DNA of 60,472 bases, filler included, from Sphacelaria rigidula (taxonomy: Eukaryota): NCBI GenBank assembly GCA_964200075.2. It is 9 parts of 9 records of this genome, joined end to end, with 100 filler letters (N's around TTAATTAATTAA, not from the genome) between each part and the next. Parts side by side here need not be neighbours in the genome. Positions count along the whole stretch, not along the records: positions 20,194 to 26,824 come from CAXNAA020018951.1; positions 26,925 to 33,554 come from CAXNAA020018952.1; positions 33,655 to 40,284 come from CAXNAA020018953.1; 6 more parts are not named here. One strand, written 5' to 3'. A program made the position numbers and the translations under genes. Under the pieces are notes generated by a model that worked only from the letters and a program-made list of their open reading frames with translations, was not told the DNA's origin and searched no databases. Shown here piece by piece: positions 21,794 through 34,702 of this stretch (its first letter is position 1; each line of letters starts with the position of its first letter).

Positions 21794-24700
21794 TGTGTGC
21801 GGGGAAAACGTTCACCGCTTTGCTTCCATGCATTTTTCTTCGTAGTGCGTTAAATCCCTGTGCAAGTCCTACTCAGTTGCCTGTATTCATGTGAGCAGGT
21901 ACACTGAGTGAACATGTACATGTGTGGATAGATTAATGCCGACGTACGGGTACTGGTAGTCGAGTGTGTGTGACTGCGGTACCATGCTCAGGCCAGAAGC
22001 GTTGCTGCTGCTAGCCCTCACTCTTCGTCTGATTCCTTGAACCGAGGTCCGACTCGGTCAAGGCACTCTCCAAAAATACAAGAGATAAAGCTATCTACCC
22101 TTCGCCACAGGCCATGGAGTACACTAGTGTTACACCCGATTGGGAAAAATGGCAGATCAAGGTGAAAGGCCTGCTCCAGCAGCCGATGAGGATGGTGTTA
22201 TTGAACAATTGGGGATGGTGACTAGCCACCTGAGTTCCATGGCTGAGCTACTGCGTGACTTCCAGTCGAACAAAACTTCATTACAGGGTCAAGTAAACAC
22301 ATGGGAGAGAGTCCGTGGGCGTTGAAACCCATGGCGTCCTCGATAGTGATGGCTCCCGTGTTCCACAAAAGGAATCAAAAACAAATTTCAGTACAGTAAA
22401 GTGACGAAATGCCAGAGTTCGAAGGGACCGCCAGGACATCGGGGCTCAAGTCGGACCGGAAGAAGGAGCTCGCAATGCGGGGGACTATGGAGCCAGAGAT
22501 GTCGGAGCTTGGGGCTTTTTCCTCGAACTTGAGTCAGTCTATGTTTACGATGCAAGTGGGAATGTGTCAGGAGTTCCCGTTTTTCGATCGAACGTGCCCA
22601 AATTTTCAGGAAAAACTCAGAGTTCGCACGGTACAAACATGAGCTGATCAACTTCGCGAGGGGCGAAGGAATTGACTGGGTGTTTGCCATGGCCGGCGAC
22701 AGTTCGCACGACATAGATGTTGGCGACCCTGAAGTATCAATGAGATATCTGGAGACTAGATACAGGACAGACATTGTGGCAGCCCAAGTGAAGGCGAGAC
22801 AGATGCTTGTTGCCAGTCTCGAAGACAAGAGAGAGCAAGACATCTTGCTCAGATGTCACTCACCTGGTGCAGTTTGGAGATAACTTGCAGATGTTTTTCG
22901 CCCCAAAACAAACGGAGCAAGACTGGCGTTGATGGAAAACATTGATGAAGTGAGGATCGGTGGTCGTGATGATCCAGAGCAGAAGCTGCTAGAAATGGAA
23001 GACATTGCACGAGACCTAAATTCATACGAGGACCATCAACCCCCAAGCGCAAACCATATCCTCTTCAAATTTCTCAACGCCTTGCCGTTGGAGTATCACA
23101 TCCAGAAGCAATTGCTGAAGGATCGAGAGGGGCCGCTCACACGGGAGATTGTGATTACCTCGATCCGAAAGCGCTTCGAGTCGACTGCTTTGAAGCAGGA
23201 ACTCGCACGGGAAAAAAAAGTCATCCCGGGCGACCAGGTTCCCCTCGCCATGGAAGGGACCGGAAACTGAGCTCTGGACACCGCAGAGGGAAACCGGGGA
23301 AACCCCAGGGCTCTGTTCAGATAAATGGCGGCAGGGACGGCAAACCGGCGACTGTGCAGCTGATGCGCTGCCACATTTTCGAAGAGGAGTCGACGCACCG
23401 CGCCAGGGACTGCCCGAAGAAATGCTCTGCGGGGTGCGGTCAACCGGGGCACAATGTTTTGCACTGTCCGAGATCGACAGCGAAGAAAACGATATGGCGA
23501 TGGCGATGGGTGCGGGCGACGACAGCGATGACTCCTCCCTTTGCTCGGATGTGGATGGGGAGGCTTTCACCTCTTTCGACACTATCTTCAACGACGGAAC
23601 AGGCCAGTACGAATTGTGTATTGGGCAGAGGGGTGATACACAGCAGGGCGAGGGCGAACCGTGGATTTTTTATACGGGGGTTATCCCGCATTTCTCCCCC
23701 GATTCCTGTGGGATGACGGAGTACAGAGAGTGTCAGGGTAGGGTACTACGGTGCGCGAGTGGCAGTACTTTTCCGATCCTAGACAGAGGAAATTTTTTTT
23801 TGCCTTCAGGTTTGACGGGCAGGATATGGTGAGTAAATGAATTGATGTTGATCATGTACCAAATGTACATCATCACGTTTTATCACTTACAAGGATCCAA
23901 ACCAGTGGGCACACCGACACTGGTTTTCGTGGAGGTTTCAGAGTAGTGGCAGATCTCATTTCAGGCAAAACACTGAAAATACCAGGACCAACTCGACAAC
24001 TGAAAATATTCGCCTGCCACCTTGACCAGAATAGGAGTGACTAGTTCGCTTTGGCATGTGCTGTGGTTGCCCCGGGGGCTCTGTCTAGCCCCCAGATTGT
24101 TGATATAAACTATTTCCATTGTGCCCACGTCCACGTTCACCAGGACCTACTGTGGAAGACCGCGAAGCAGCTGGGAGTGCAGCTGACTGGAGAGTTGCAG
24201 CCCTGCCGTGGTTGCTCGGAGGCGCAGGGACTACGATGGCCGATTCCAAGATCGGCGCACACGAGAGCATAGGCAATCCAGATGCCGTGTGAGCCAAAGG
24301 ATTTCAAGGTCGATGCAGGCCCGGATGTGAGCGAGCAAATTGTAAAAAAAATGGACAGTGGACACTTCATCCAGCGATTCCTCACGCGCACCGTCCTCCC
24401 CGCCGAGTTCCGTAGGTGACGGGGATGGGGCAGTGCCGCAGATCCCCGTCAGTACTGGAGGGGGCGAAGTGACTTCACTGTACCCGCGAGGGGAGGGAGA
24501 AGGCGGATGATACCACAGATCCCCGCTCCAGGCACAATGAACGGAGGAGGTGAGGGGAAACAGGAAACATAATCATCTACATCGACGCCGACATCAACAC
24601 CGACGCTGGCACCTACGCCGACACCGACATTAACGCCAACGCCGATACCTACGCCGACTCCCACATCGGCATCGCACACTCCCTCATCGCCCAGAGTGTC

Positions 24701-26135
24701 ACCTTCTTTCACGGATCCCTTGCACGACGGCGGGGAGGGCGGCGACGCTCCTCCATCTCCGAGGACCGAGTCTCACGGGACCGGGTCTCACGGGGAGCGA
24801 CGAGTTGCCGACACCAAGGGCCGGGCGTACAAGGAACCAAACGCGTGAAGCCATGGGGTTTGCGCACACACACGGCGAGACGCTGGTGGATAGCAAAAGG
24901 GAGACGAGCAGAGAGGAAGCGGAGATGGCGCTGGCGGGGATGGCCGAAGACAAATGCTCAGCAGTAGAGACGATCACTGCGGCAGCAGCACAGTTGGCAG
25001 GGCAAGATGCACTTGTCTCGAACCAAAACGAGTAGGCTGACAAACAGTTTTTCTGTGTTGTAGCTGAAATCGAGGAAGATAGAGTGGAGCAGCCTGAATT
25101 CAGTTTGCGTTCACCGGTTGGCCTGCAAAAAAGCAAAGTAGAGTCAGCGCCGACCAGTATTGACGACGTAGCAAAATCAGAGTCTAGGGAGGTATGGCTT
25201 GGCGCGATGCAGGCAGAACTGGGAGGTCATAAAGAGGCTGAAACATTTTCGATTGGTTCTATGTCGGAAGCAGTAAACGCGCGTTCAGCGAAGGGGACTT
25301 TTAGTTGAAGCCGACGTCGATGGCACCGTAATGACGGCGAAAGCTAGGCTGTTAGCGCGAGGATTCAGACAACGTTTCGCCGTCGACTATTTCGAAACTT
25401 TCGCGGCCACGCCCTCCATAGCCTCCACTAAACTGGCCGTGGCAGTGGCAGTTCAGGAAGAGTGGCCGTTGTACCATGTCGATGTAACACAGGCTTTTCT
25501 TCAAGCGAAGATGGATACTGTGTGTACATGAGGCTGCCTAAAGGTTGCCACGGTTGACAGACATGGCCGCTAAGCTCGAAAACCCATTTATGGGACCAAG
25601 CAAGCGGGCAGGCAGGGGTCACGTCTTCTATGCCAAACGTTATTGGAGGATGTCGGGATGGTGCAGTGTGATGCTGATCCTTTTGTTTTCAAGGTGGGGG
25701 ATGCAGGAGACGTGCAGATAATTTTCGTTGTTCATGTGGATGACGTTGTGATCAGTGGTGCTGAGGAAAATGTGCGAAAGGTGGGCAAAGTTCTGAACGA
25801 TAGGTCCCCCACGAACGATTTCGGAGGGGTCACATGGTACATTGGGTGTGCGGCGGACAGAGATAGAGATGGAGGCGCGGTGACGCAAGCTACGTTCATA
25901 TACCCGCTCCTAAAGCGTTTTGAGATGAGGGGATACTCAAAAATCCCTGCCTCTGATTCTTCGAAATTGGGGCCGACAACGGGCGAAGACACAGTGGTGA
26001 ATCGTCTATACCGTAACGCAATGGGGGGGCTGATGTGGCTGGCAACAGTCACTAGACCAGACGTAGTAAATGTCGTACGAGCCCTCGCTCGCCAGTAACG
26101 TGAACCATGCGAGAGGCACTGGGAAGCAGTAGCAT
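21794..26135 (+). mobile_element. Decayed Ty1/copia LTR retrotransposon (putative 5' LTR, gag, PR, pre-integrase, RT)
   Basis: Putative LTR TGTG..CACA at 21794-22109. gag DDPEQKLLEMED..KFLNALPLEY; zinc knuckles (CGQPGHNVLHC); protease remnant WIFYTGVIPHF; pre-integrase HCAHVH..LWKTAKQLG..CRGC; RT KARLLARGFRQ..DYFETFA, HVDVTQAFL, IYGTKQAGR, VVHVDD, TRPDV. Many stops. Integrase core and 3' end are absent. Confidence 0.95.
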
Positions 26136-26304
26136 CTATGATAACTTTTTTCGTCAAATCGACCCCCCCCCTATCGTAGTATGGCTCCACTCTCAGTTCA
26201 AGTATACTAATGTGATAGATTCGTGCACCAAACTCTGAGTGACGTTTTCCCGTTGACGAAAGGTCGCACATGGGCGATTGTACATCGTCACTTTTCTATC
26301 AAAG

Positions 26305-26824
26305 GAAGACAAAATCAGCGAGGTACAAGCAGGATTTGGACCAAACCGTAGTTGCGTAGACCATGTCTACACACTAAGTTAGATTATTCAGGGTAGGAAC
26401 GACACCGGGCGGACAACGTTCTGTTTCCTTCTGGACGCGCAAAAGGCTCATGACACAGTATGGAGAAATCGGCTGTGGAAAGCGTTGTGGGAAACTGGGA
26501 TAAGAGGAAAGATGTGGAGAATGGTGAAGAAGAGGACGGAATGGGCCAAAAGTGCCATGATGCTGGACGGGGAAATATCGAAATACTTTGATACTTTACA
26601 AGGAGTTGCACAAGGATGTACGTTATCACCCACTTTGTTCAAGGTCTTTATCAATGACTTGATAATGGCAATAGAAGCAGCAAAGCAAGGGGTCAAGGTG
26701 GATGAAGATATGGTATGAGGATTGATTTTCGCGGATGATTGTGTGGGGATTTCAGGGACACCAGAGGGACTACAGACACAGATCGACAAGGCGCTAGAAA
26801 ACACTAGGAAATGGAGAGTAGATC
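26305..26824 (+). mobile_element. LINE reverse transcriptase fragment (pseudogenised, cut by contig end)
   Basis: GF.PNRSCVDHVYTL..FLLDAQKAHDTVWR..QGVAQGCTLSPTLFKVFINDL..GLIFADD, with an internal stop. Confidence 0.95.
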
Positions 26825-27166
26825 NNNNNNNNNNNNNNNNNNNNNNNNNNNNNNNNNNNNNNNNNNNNTTAATTAATTAANNNNNNNNNNNNNNNNNNNN
26901 NNNNNNNNNNNNNNNNNNNNNNNNAAGTTTTAGCACCTTTTACGCTGGCCCAGCTCGTACTGACTTGGTTGATTCAGGTTAATCAGTTGGTATGAATCAA
27001 CTAACCAGCGACACGCTGATATGATTGTTGATATAAATTAAATCAACTTTGAAATCAACCCTGTTTTAAAAGTTGATATACAACCCCAGTTACGATCCGA
27101 CACAACCGAGCCGCAACAATCGAACAACACGAGCAGACAAACATGAACTGACTTGCCCTTTCGTAC

Positions 27167-30100
27167 CTCGAAGTAGCACGCCGCCATTTCCTCGCATTCG
27201 AAGTCCGTTGGACAGCAAGTGCTTCCCACGTAATCGTCCCCACCGCACTGGGCATAGGCGGATAGGACCTCGCCGTCGCAATCCACACCCGCCTCGGGTG
27301 CCGGAGTTGGCACTGTCGGAAGGGATGTGTCGCTGCTGAATGCTGTTCCCGAATTTATTCCGGAAAAAGTTGTTCCGGAAGTTGTTTCGAAAGAGGAAGT
27401 TGTTCCACTGGAACCGAAATCTTCGATGAACTCTGTGGGGGCTGGGGACGGCTGAGGTGTGGGTGGAGGAGCATCTGAGGATTATGTCGGTGGAGGCAAG
27501 AGTGATGGGGAAGGGGAGGAGAAGACGAGACAAAAAACGTAAACTAGAGCAAAAACAATCTCATATTTCAGCGAGGATATATTCGTTGAGACAAAGTGCA
27601 ATAAACGTTCATGAACGAAATCGTTCTCACCTGAAGGTGTCCCACAAATACGAGTTAATATCTTGTTCTTGTGTACGGAGGATATCAGTTTATTTTTTGC
27701 TCCGAGATCAAGAAGAGTGAATCGAACCTGACGTGAAAAAAGGCGAAGAAAACAAGATACTGACAAGCGATCGTCGAACCAGCGTTTTCGCGTTGCAAAA
27801 TACATCGTCTTTCTCCCCCAGGAGAAGCCATTTGAACAAGAAAAACGTGGTCTGAAATCGGTGAAAACTTCGCAAACGATTACGCTGTGAATCCGTAGCA
27901 GCAGGAGCCGCACTATGAATTCGTTTAAAGCGGAATGTGCGCGGATCGATTCCCCTTGCCGGTTACGTCTTCGCGTCCCCTCTTTCAGTCGTGTTTGCTT
28001 CTTGCTCTGACGCTACAGTCTTCAAATCGTAGAGCCACGGTTTGATCCGTACATATCCCTGAAAAAAACTCACCATCAAAGGTGCTGGCATCATCGGAGC
28101 CGCTTGTATCACCAAAGGTACCAGATGACGAGATTAGAGAGGTGCTGGTACCATCAGCGACGATGGTGACATCGGCGCAATTCCAGTACTCCTCGGGGTA
28201 TTTGTCCCCATCACCGCACGGGCCGACCCCCGGATTGAACCAGTCTGCCTTGGTTGGGGCGCACTCGCTGTTCCATGAATCAGGGTTGAAATCATCATAT
28301 CCCGGGGGTACGCATGAATTACTGGTGTCTGCAAGGCAGGCGAAAAAGGAGGGAGCGAAGGGGATGAACCGCGGAGAGAGCAACAACATCGTCGCAATCT
28401 CCTGCAGACTGCACGCAGTGAACTGGGCTTGCGTCAAGTTGCAGGAGAAAAGACACGTCAACTGGTGGGACAAAGAATACGTCAAGTACTTCCGCTAAGG
28501 GACCATGGTGTGACCTGTGCGTAATGACCCGATCGATGATGAAACATTTGCCAAGCATCGTGGGTAGAACTGGTGGGGGGAGTATGTAAGATCGTCCGCG
28601 CTTCGCGGTTATCGCCAAGCCACACACGCAGAAGGTCAGGGTAAGGGCAGCAGTACCTCATCCCTTATTGGGTCACGATAGCACCCAACGGAACAGATGT
28701 TGTCGTTATGTAAGATCATTGCGGTATGTATGCTCCGACGCCAAGGCACCTTCCACTTGTGGCAGATCTCTTGGCTAAACATCAAGCCATTCACGTTTCC
28801 AAAGAGCGGGGTTGATCTTCGCCGGAATACAAATTGAAGAGACGCCAAATCACTGTTCGGTTGTGCGATAACAAAGTAGTCCGTGCGCACAAGTGCGACA
28901 CGTCGTTAACATTGACGTAATACGCTTGTTCGATCCTTGAATCCCCGTACACGAAGACTGAGAATGGATCCGCAACTTGCTGAAACCTTTCCGTGGGCCT
29001 TGGGTTGATGAAAGGACAGATCTCAGAAATGGTGCCAGTAATAACTGGACATGATCATTATACTGTAATGGCAATAGTGGCAATGGTTACATTAAATTTT
29101 TGGATAAAGGTTCCAAACCATAAGTTACCTTTACCGGCTACGAATGCAACATACAGCCCTTGAAAATTGGCCCAAATATTTCGTATGCATTAGCACTAGT
29201 GAAGTCAAATCGCGTCAAAACGTGTCTCAGGCACGGCGCCTCTAGCGGGGCCTTCCGTAGACGCCTCCGGCGGGGCCCCCTCCGCCGGGGGAGGGGCTTT
29301 TTGGCTCGCGACTGCGCCTCTCGATGACCAAACCATTTCCGAGCTTTTTGGCTCGCGACTGTACCATTGAACTGGTTAATGAGTGCGCTACACGTTACCA
29401 TTCAACTGGTTAGTGGTTAGACGAACCATTTCCGAGCTTTAAAAATAACTCATGGTGAGCGATACAAACCCAAACTCCTTCCTACGTACTCTGCACCACT
29501 ACATGCCACCCCCCAAATGAACGAAAAAGAAGATCCTTAACGCGGCAGCCAAGACTTACAGCAATACGAAAATACCAGGGCTCTTTATGTTACACGTTAC
29601 ACGTCACAAACATACGTCACAAGGTTGTGACGTAACGTCACGTACCGGTGAAAAAATGTGACGTGCCGTAATTTTACGTATGCATCACAGTAATGTATTT
29701 TATGCGTTACACGTCACAATAAACGTCACACGTCATATTATTATACTTTCGTGACGTCTGAATGAACGTCACGACCGTCACACGCTCAACTTGTACCACA
29801 ATTAGTGTGAGATCAGCATATATGATACTCGCATGATATGATACATGGGTTCAAGAAATAGTGTGCACACGTCCGTAATACACACGCGGTGTAAGCGTAA
29901 GTTCAGCGCCACGGCAGCATGCATCACCACACCGCACCTAACCATAGTATGCATTATTTTGAGTCGCCGTGTGCCGTTTTGCTTATTGGTGTCACTTGTA
30001 TCAAAATATGGACTACGAAGTAATCAGAGACCTCGTGCCTTTGAAGAGGAGCGAAGGGTGACATCAACGAGCTTGTGACCTCGTTGACAAATTCGGTGGC

Positions 30101-32544
30101 TCCACTACTGTTCTGTAGTTTTGTTCTTCATTTCGTTGATTTTGCTTTGTTTTTTTGTTTTGGGGTTGTTTTGTTTTCTGTTTTCCCCTCATCCGTCTCT
30201 GTTGTACCGATTTGTGTAAGTTGTCGTCTTCATGAGCGATACACTAGCTGAACCACATTCTCACATGTCAACATAGCGAGCAGAACGCGCCTCATGCTCA
30301 AACAAGACAGCCACCGTGAATCTCCCGTACCAAGTTGTGGTGGATGAAACCCTACAACTCGTACGAAGCGTTCATTTGCCCTCAACAGGGTCGAAGTGTG
30401 ACGTTTCATTCTACGTTACACGTCACAAACGTAACGCATCTTATTCGTTACACGTCACAATAACGTTCCGAAATACGTTACACGTCACAAACGTAACGTG
30501 TTTTATTCGTTACACGTCACAATATCGTTCCGAAAAACGTTGCACGTCACAAACGTAACGTTTCAGAATACGTTACACGTCACAAACGTATAGTAATGTG
30601 ACGTGATTTTTCATACGTCACAACGTGTGACGTTACGTAACGTATCATTTTCATACGTCACATTTGTGACGTAACGTGTAACGTGTAACGTGAAGAGCCC
30701 TGGAAAATTTGAACTCACAATGAATCATCTGGATCACGCATCGGGCGCAAGTCAAACCCTGGGGCAACTCGTACTTCGCGGTCACGACATAGCCTGTGCC
30801 ACCGGGGTTGGTCTGGTCCGTCTCATCTGCGCGGCACGGAGGATCCACGAAGTAGCGACCCGGGAAGGCTGGATCGATGGGAGCACCGTTTGGGTCGTCT
30901 ACCCTGTTGAGCGGGTTTATGTTGAAGCAACTCTGGACCAGTATATCGCCGACGAGGTCGTCGTCGACATTGCAGATGAAAAATTCAAGGTGACCCTGAT
31001 GTGGTGGGGAGGGGGCGCGCGCGGGGGGGGGTACTTATTTGTAGTTTGCCTTAGTCATTCGACCATTGAATCCCAAGTGGAAATGGGAAATGAATATCAG
31101 TAGTCTATGGATTGCGGTCATATGTTGATTTCCACTGCTGTCAAGGTGAGGTAGAGTTTCGGGAAACGTTTTTCAAATCTTGGAGTAAGAGTGGAAGGGA
31201 AAATACCCGGTACTTTCCGCTATGAAGTTTTTTTCAGCGCGATGTTTCTAGAGTGCAAGTCTCGTTTGCACCACTTCACTCTGAAAACCGTTGTTCCTCC
31301 CCAGAGTTCATAGCGGAATGGAAAAGAACCACGCCCACCTTGACCACCATGGTCACGTCCAGTCCAAAGTCGATACACCCTAAAAAGCAAAGTGGGACAT
31401 TCATCATCCATCAAAACTGCCATACTCATCACAATGGGCCATTCACGAAGTACAAAAGCTTGGCATCGCAATCAGGAGACCCCCCAGACGCCGCCATGGC
31501 ATCAGGAGTCCGCTTGGTTGTGTTGCGTGAAAATTCAAGTGCTCGACAGTACACGTTGCGTTGGGTGCGGTTCCTCATTTTTGCCAGCTTCAGCTGGATT
31601 GAGACGGTGAGAACGATTCGTAGTCTACAGAGCACAAGCAATCCTACACCTGGCTGTATTTCCATCCCTGTGAGAAATCAAAACATCTTGCACCACCGTC
31701 ATGGGTGGCATGTGGAAAAATCATCGCAATACAGCCGAGGTCTGCTGTTGGAAAGTGCTGCGTACCGTACTGTCTATACTACTTTTTGTACAACTGACTC
31801 TCGGTACCGCATCACTGCACAGCATTATAGTTCACGGCATCGCAATGGACGGTTGTGGGGTTCTGAATTTCACTCTCTGTACTGTACTGTACTGTACTCC
31901 ACGCTGCACAGAATATAGTATTACAGCACTACAGTGTCCTGTAGTCCGCTGTAGTGGTTTGAAGTACTGCAGGTGCAGTGAAAAAGCGTGTTGTATGGTG
32001 CGTACGGTGCCGCAGTGTACGGTACAGTCAGTGTTGTGCCGGCCTATGCACTTTCGAAATGAACGCTGGTCGATCGTACATTTGGCGGGGCAACCTGCGG
32101 CGTATCACTGCGACGAAACAAATCACGTCAAGCCACGTCACATCAGCTTCCGCTATGAACTTTTGAACGTCCACTATAAAGTTTCGAAGCTTCCACTCTT
32201 GACTCTCACTGTATGATGAAAAAAAACATCTTCCAAAACTCTCTCATGAGGGAAAATATATGGTATTCATTGCCCCTGACCCCTCGAGGATGTGCGCACT
32301 TGAGAGACTGGATTGACCCGTCTCGGAGAAGAAGTTACTCGATTAAAACTAATCCACCGCACACACGAGTAAGGGATTTTCTGCAGAATGCTCGCACAAC
32401 TACATGAGCTTCACCGTGATGACTCACATTGTGCGCCGTGCCCACGTTGATTTTGAAGTCCACTTCACTACCCTGCACCAGGGTTGCGATCACCGAGTAC
32501 TCGCCGTTTGCTTGCCCGTACTTGTTAGTGCCTTCGTCCTCAGT
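27167..32544 (-). CDS. Lytic polysaccharide monooxygenase (LPMO_10/AA15-like) + Ser/Thr/Pro linker + CBM1; partial at both ends
   Basis: Exons 32544-32428, 30995-30719, 28328-28074 and 27474-27167, GT-AG and phase-compatible with no stops. Sequence ..VDFKINVGTAHN|GHLEFFIC..QSCFN..PL..GRYFVDPPC..AKYELPQGLTCARCVIQMIH|YTSNSC..YPEEYWNCADVTI, then linker, then AYAQCGGDDYVGSTCCPTDFECEEMAACYFE (CBM1 QCGG motif). The signal peptide/His1 exon and the end of the CBM1 were not found on this contig. Confidence 0.88.
29576..30702. mobile_element. Non-autonomous hAT-like element with subterminal GTTACACGTCAC arrays, in an LPMO intron
   Basis: TIR CAGGGCTCTT..GTTACACGTTACACG / CGTGTAACGTGTAAC..AAGAGCCCTG. 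Imperfect 8-bp TSD GAAAATAC/GAAAATTT. Dense TACACGTCACAA repeats at ~29590-29780 and ~30400-30690. Confidence 0.85.
31760..32035. repeat. Degenerate (ACTGT/ACAGT)n pentanucleotide tract
   Basis: CTGTACTGTACTGTACTGTAC core at ~31877-31897 with decayed flanks in both orientations. Confidence 0.65.
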
Positions 32545-33654
32545 CTGTTATATGTGCACACGTTTTTGTTTTTCGAGGGGGGGGCGCAGTGAGCGACGTA
32601 CCATCTGCCTACTGTAGTGTCACACCGTCCCCTGATACCCCCCCCTGCTGGCGGGCTGAAAAAGGGGTGTATCACCGTACACGTACCCGGCATATTTCAG
32701 AAAGGGGAAGGCGTAATCAATGAATGGAACATTGCACAAACTGCAGTTGCGAGGGAATCTTATGTCGTTGATCCATTCCAGTAATTTTGTGCAATCACTC
32801 CACATGTAGCCAACCATACACACTGAGAAGCAAACTCCGTTTTTCATTAAAACACTATAAGTAAGAAGGAGAGCGAGTTGACAACAGTTTTTGCACTCGC
32901 AGGACAGCCGCATTCCAATTTTAAGTCGTGTCAGCCATTTTGGTGATGACGGGCGAGAACCTAGTGTTCCATCTTATTTTGACCCGCTGACGTTCGGTCA
33001 AGCTCTTTTAAAACACGGAATCAACCCACAGCGCTTTCTCAAGCAAAAATTAATCACAAACGACAATCTTGTCGGCCTGATGAGCCTCGATCACGTGGAT
33101 ACTGGTGTAGCGGCCTGCGGGAGCGAACCTTTCTGTATTATGAACTGATGGCTAATCGCCTTGGAGAAGGTAGCCTCAGTCCACCTTTGCCCTGTATGTT
33201 CTCACGAACAGAGGCTCAAGCTGTGAGTGCTGGGCTGCAGTGCGCACAACAGGGTGCAGCAAACCAATAGAGATCCAATAACAGCAGTAGCAGTTGAATC
33301 CAGGTGTTCCCACGAACAAAATAGATTATCTCACTCTAATTCACAATACGAACCAAAGACCACAAACTCTCTGAAAAAGACTCACTTGGAACTCAGAGCA
33401 GCGGTGGCAAGGCTGATGTTATCCTGGGCCCAAAATAAAGTGAGCTCAGATACGCTCAGGGCGATGGTGTAACCACCTTACAACAGGGTTGCCAGAAAAA
33501 TGAGAAGGTATTTTGAAATGAGAATCCACCGCTCCCCGGGATTGTGTCCATTTTNNNNNNNNNNNNNNNNNNNNNNNNNNNNNNNNNNNNNNNNNNNNTT
33601 AATTAATTAANNNNNNNNNNNNNNNNNNNNNNNNNNNNNNNNNNNNNNNNNNNN

Positions 33655-34494
33655 CTCCCTTTTGGGTAATCAGGCCGAAGAAATTGTGGATCTGGTGATT
33701 CTTAGTCGTGATGATTCGTCCTACCCGTGATATATTTCCTACACGTGGGTGTTATGAAGAATCGTACACCAAGTACTCAAACCTCGGGTCGAGTAATGAG
33801 ATCGTATTCAAGAATATAGCCCGATACGGGGAAAAGTATTGCGATCGTACCTCACTTTACCCAATATTTGGGTAGAGTTTGGAGATCGGAACATCGCAAC
33901 ACAAATTTCGGGAGAGTAAATACCCGGCTGTTTACCCTACTCCCCAACACACCGTCGGATTGTTCACAAGATTTTCATGTTTGATGTTTGCTCATCCACG
34001 TTGTCGTATCCGCGGCCTGCGACCGAAGAGCCCATGCCTGTGCACTGCAATTCATTGGACAAACGGGGGTCATAACAACACTGGCAAGGCAGCGTGTTTC
34101 ATTAGTGAAGGGACCATGATCGCTCCCCCACGGAAGACCGGTTACCGCGCGCGCCGCGTGCGTGGTTTAGGCGTAGTCGGACGTCAACATGTCCATGCTG
34201 CACGTGTTGTCGTCCCACCCAGACCCACACATTTTTTCTTCACTTACAACTTACGTGCGTCAAAACAATTCACACTAGATAATCCACACCGCAGCAGACC
34301 CGCACGGCACGTCTTCCTTCTCCGCCCCCCAGTCTCAATCTTCCATCAGTAACTAAAGAGCAGAATCTTGCACGGTTAGGACGAATCATCACGACTAAGA
34401 ATCACCAGATCCACGATTTCTTCGGCCTGATTGCCGAAAAGGGAGAAAAAAGTTGACCGCTGGTCCAAGGGGTACCCACGCAACTTTTGAGCCC
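33655..34494. mobile_element. TIR element with long inverted repeats, left end cut by contig boundary
   Basis: 33655-33729 is the reverse complement of ~34371-34445 (GATTCTTAGTCGTGATGATTCGTCCTA / TAGGACGAATCATCACGACTAAGAATC). Right end is approximate. Confidence 0.75.
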
Positions 34495-34702
34495 TTCCAC
34501 GTGTCTGGGCTGCGTGTACCTGGGTTGCAACACTAAAAACAAAGCCTAGGGATCGATTCGTACGAGTCGAATCTGTTATACTAAAACTAAGTAATTTTCA
34601 GACGAATCATTATTTATTTCCGACCCTTGGAACCTTGCTACGTAATGGGAATCATCGTGTGGTATCGAACTCATTGACCAGCACTCCAGCTCCTTCACTC
34701 AC

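Noticed and set aside
31253..32216. 221 aa and 171 aa plus-strand ORFs
   Set aside because: They lie antisense within an LPMO intron and run through the ACTGT repeat, with no protein-like features.
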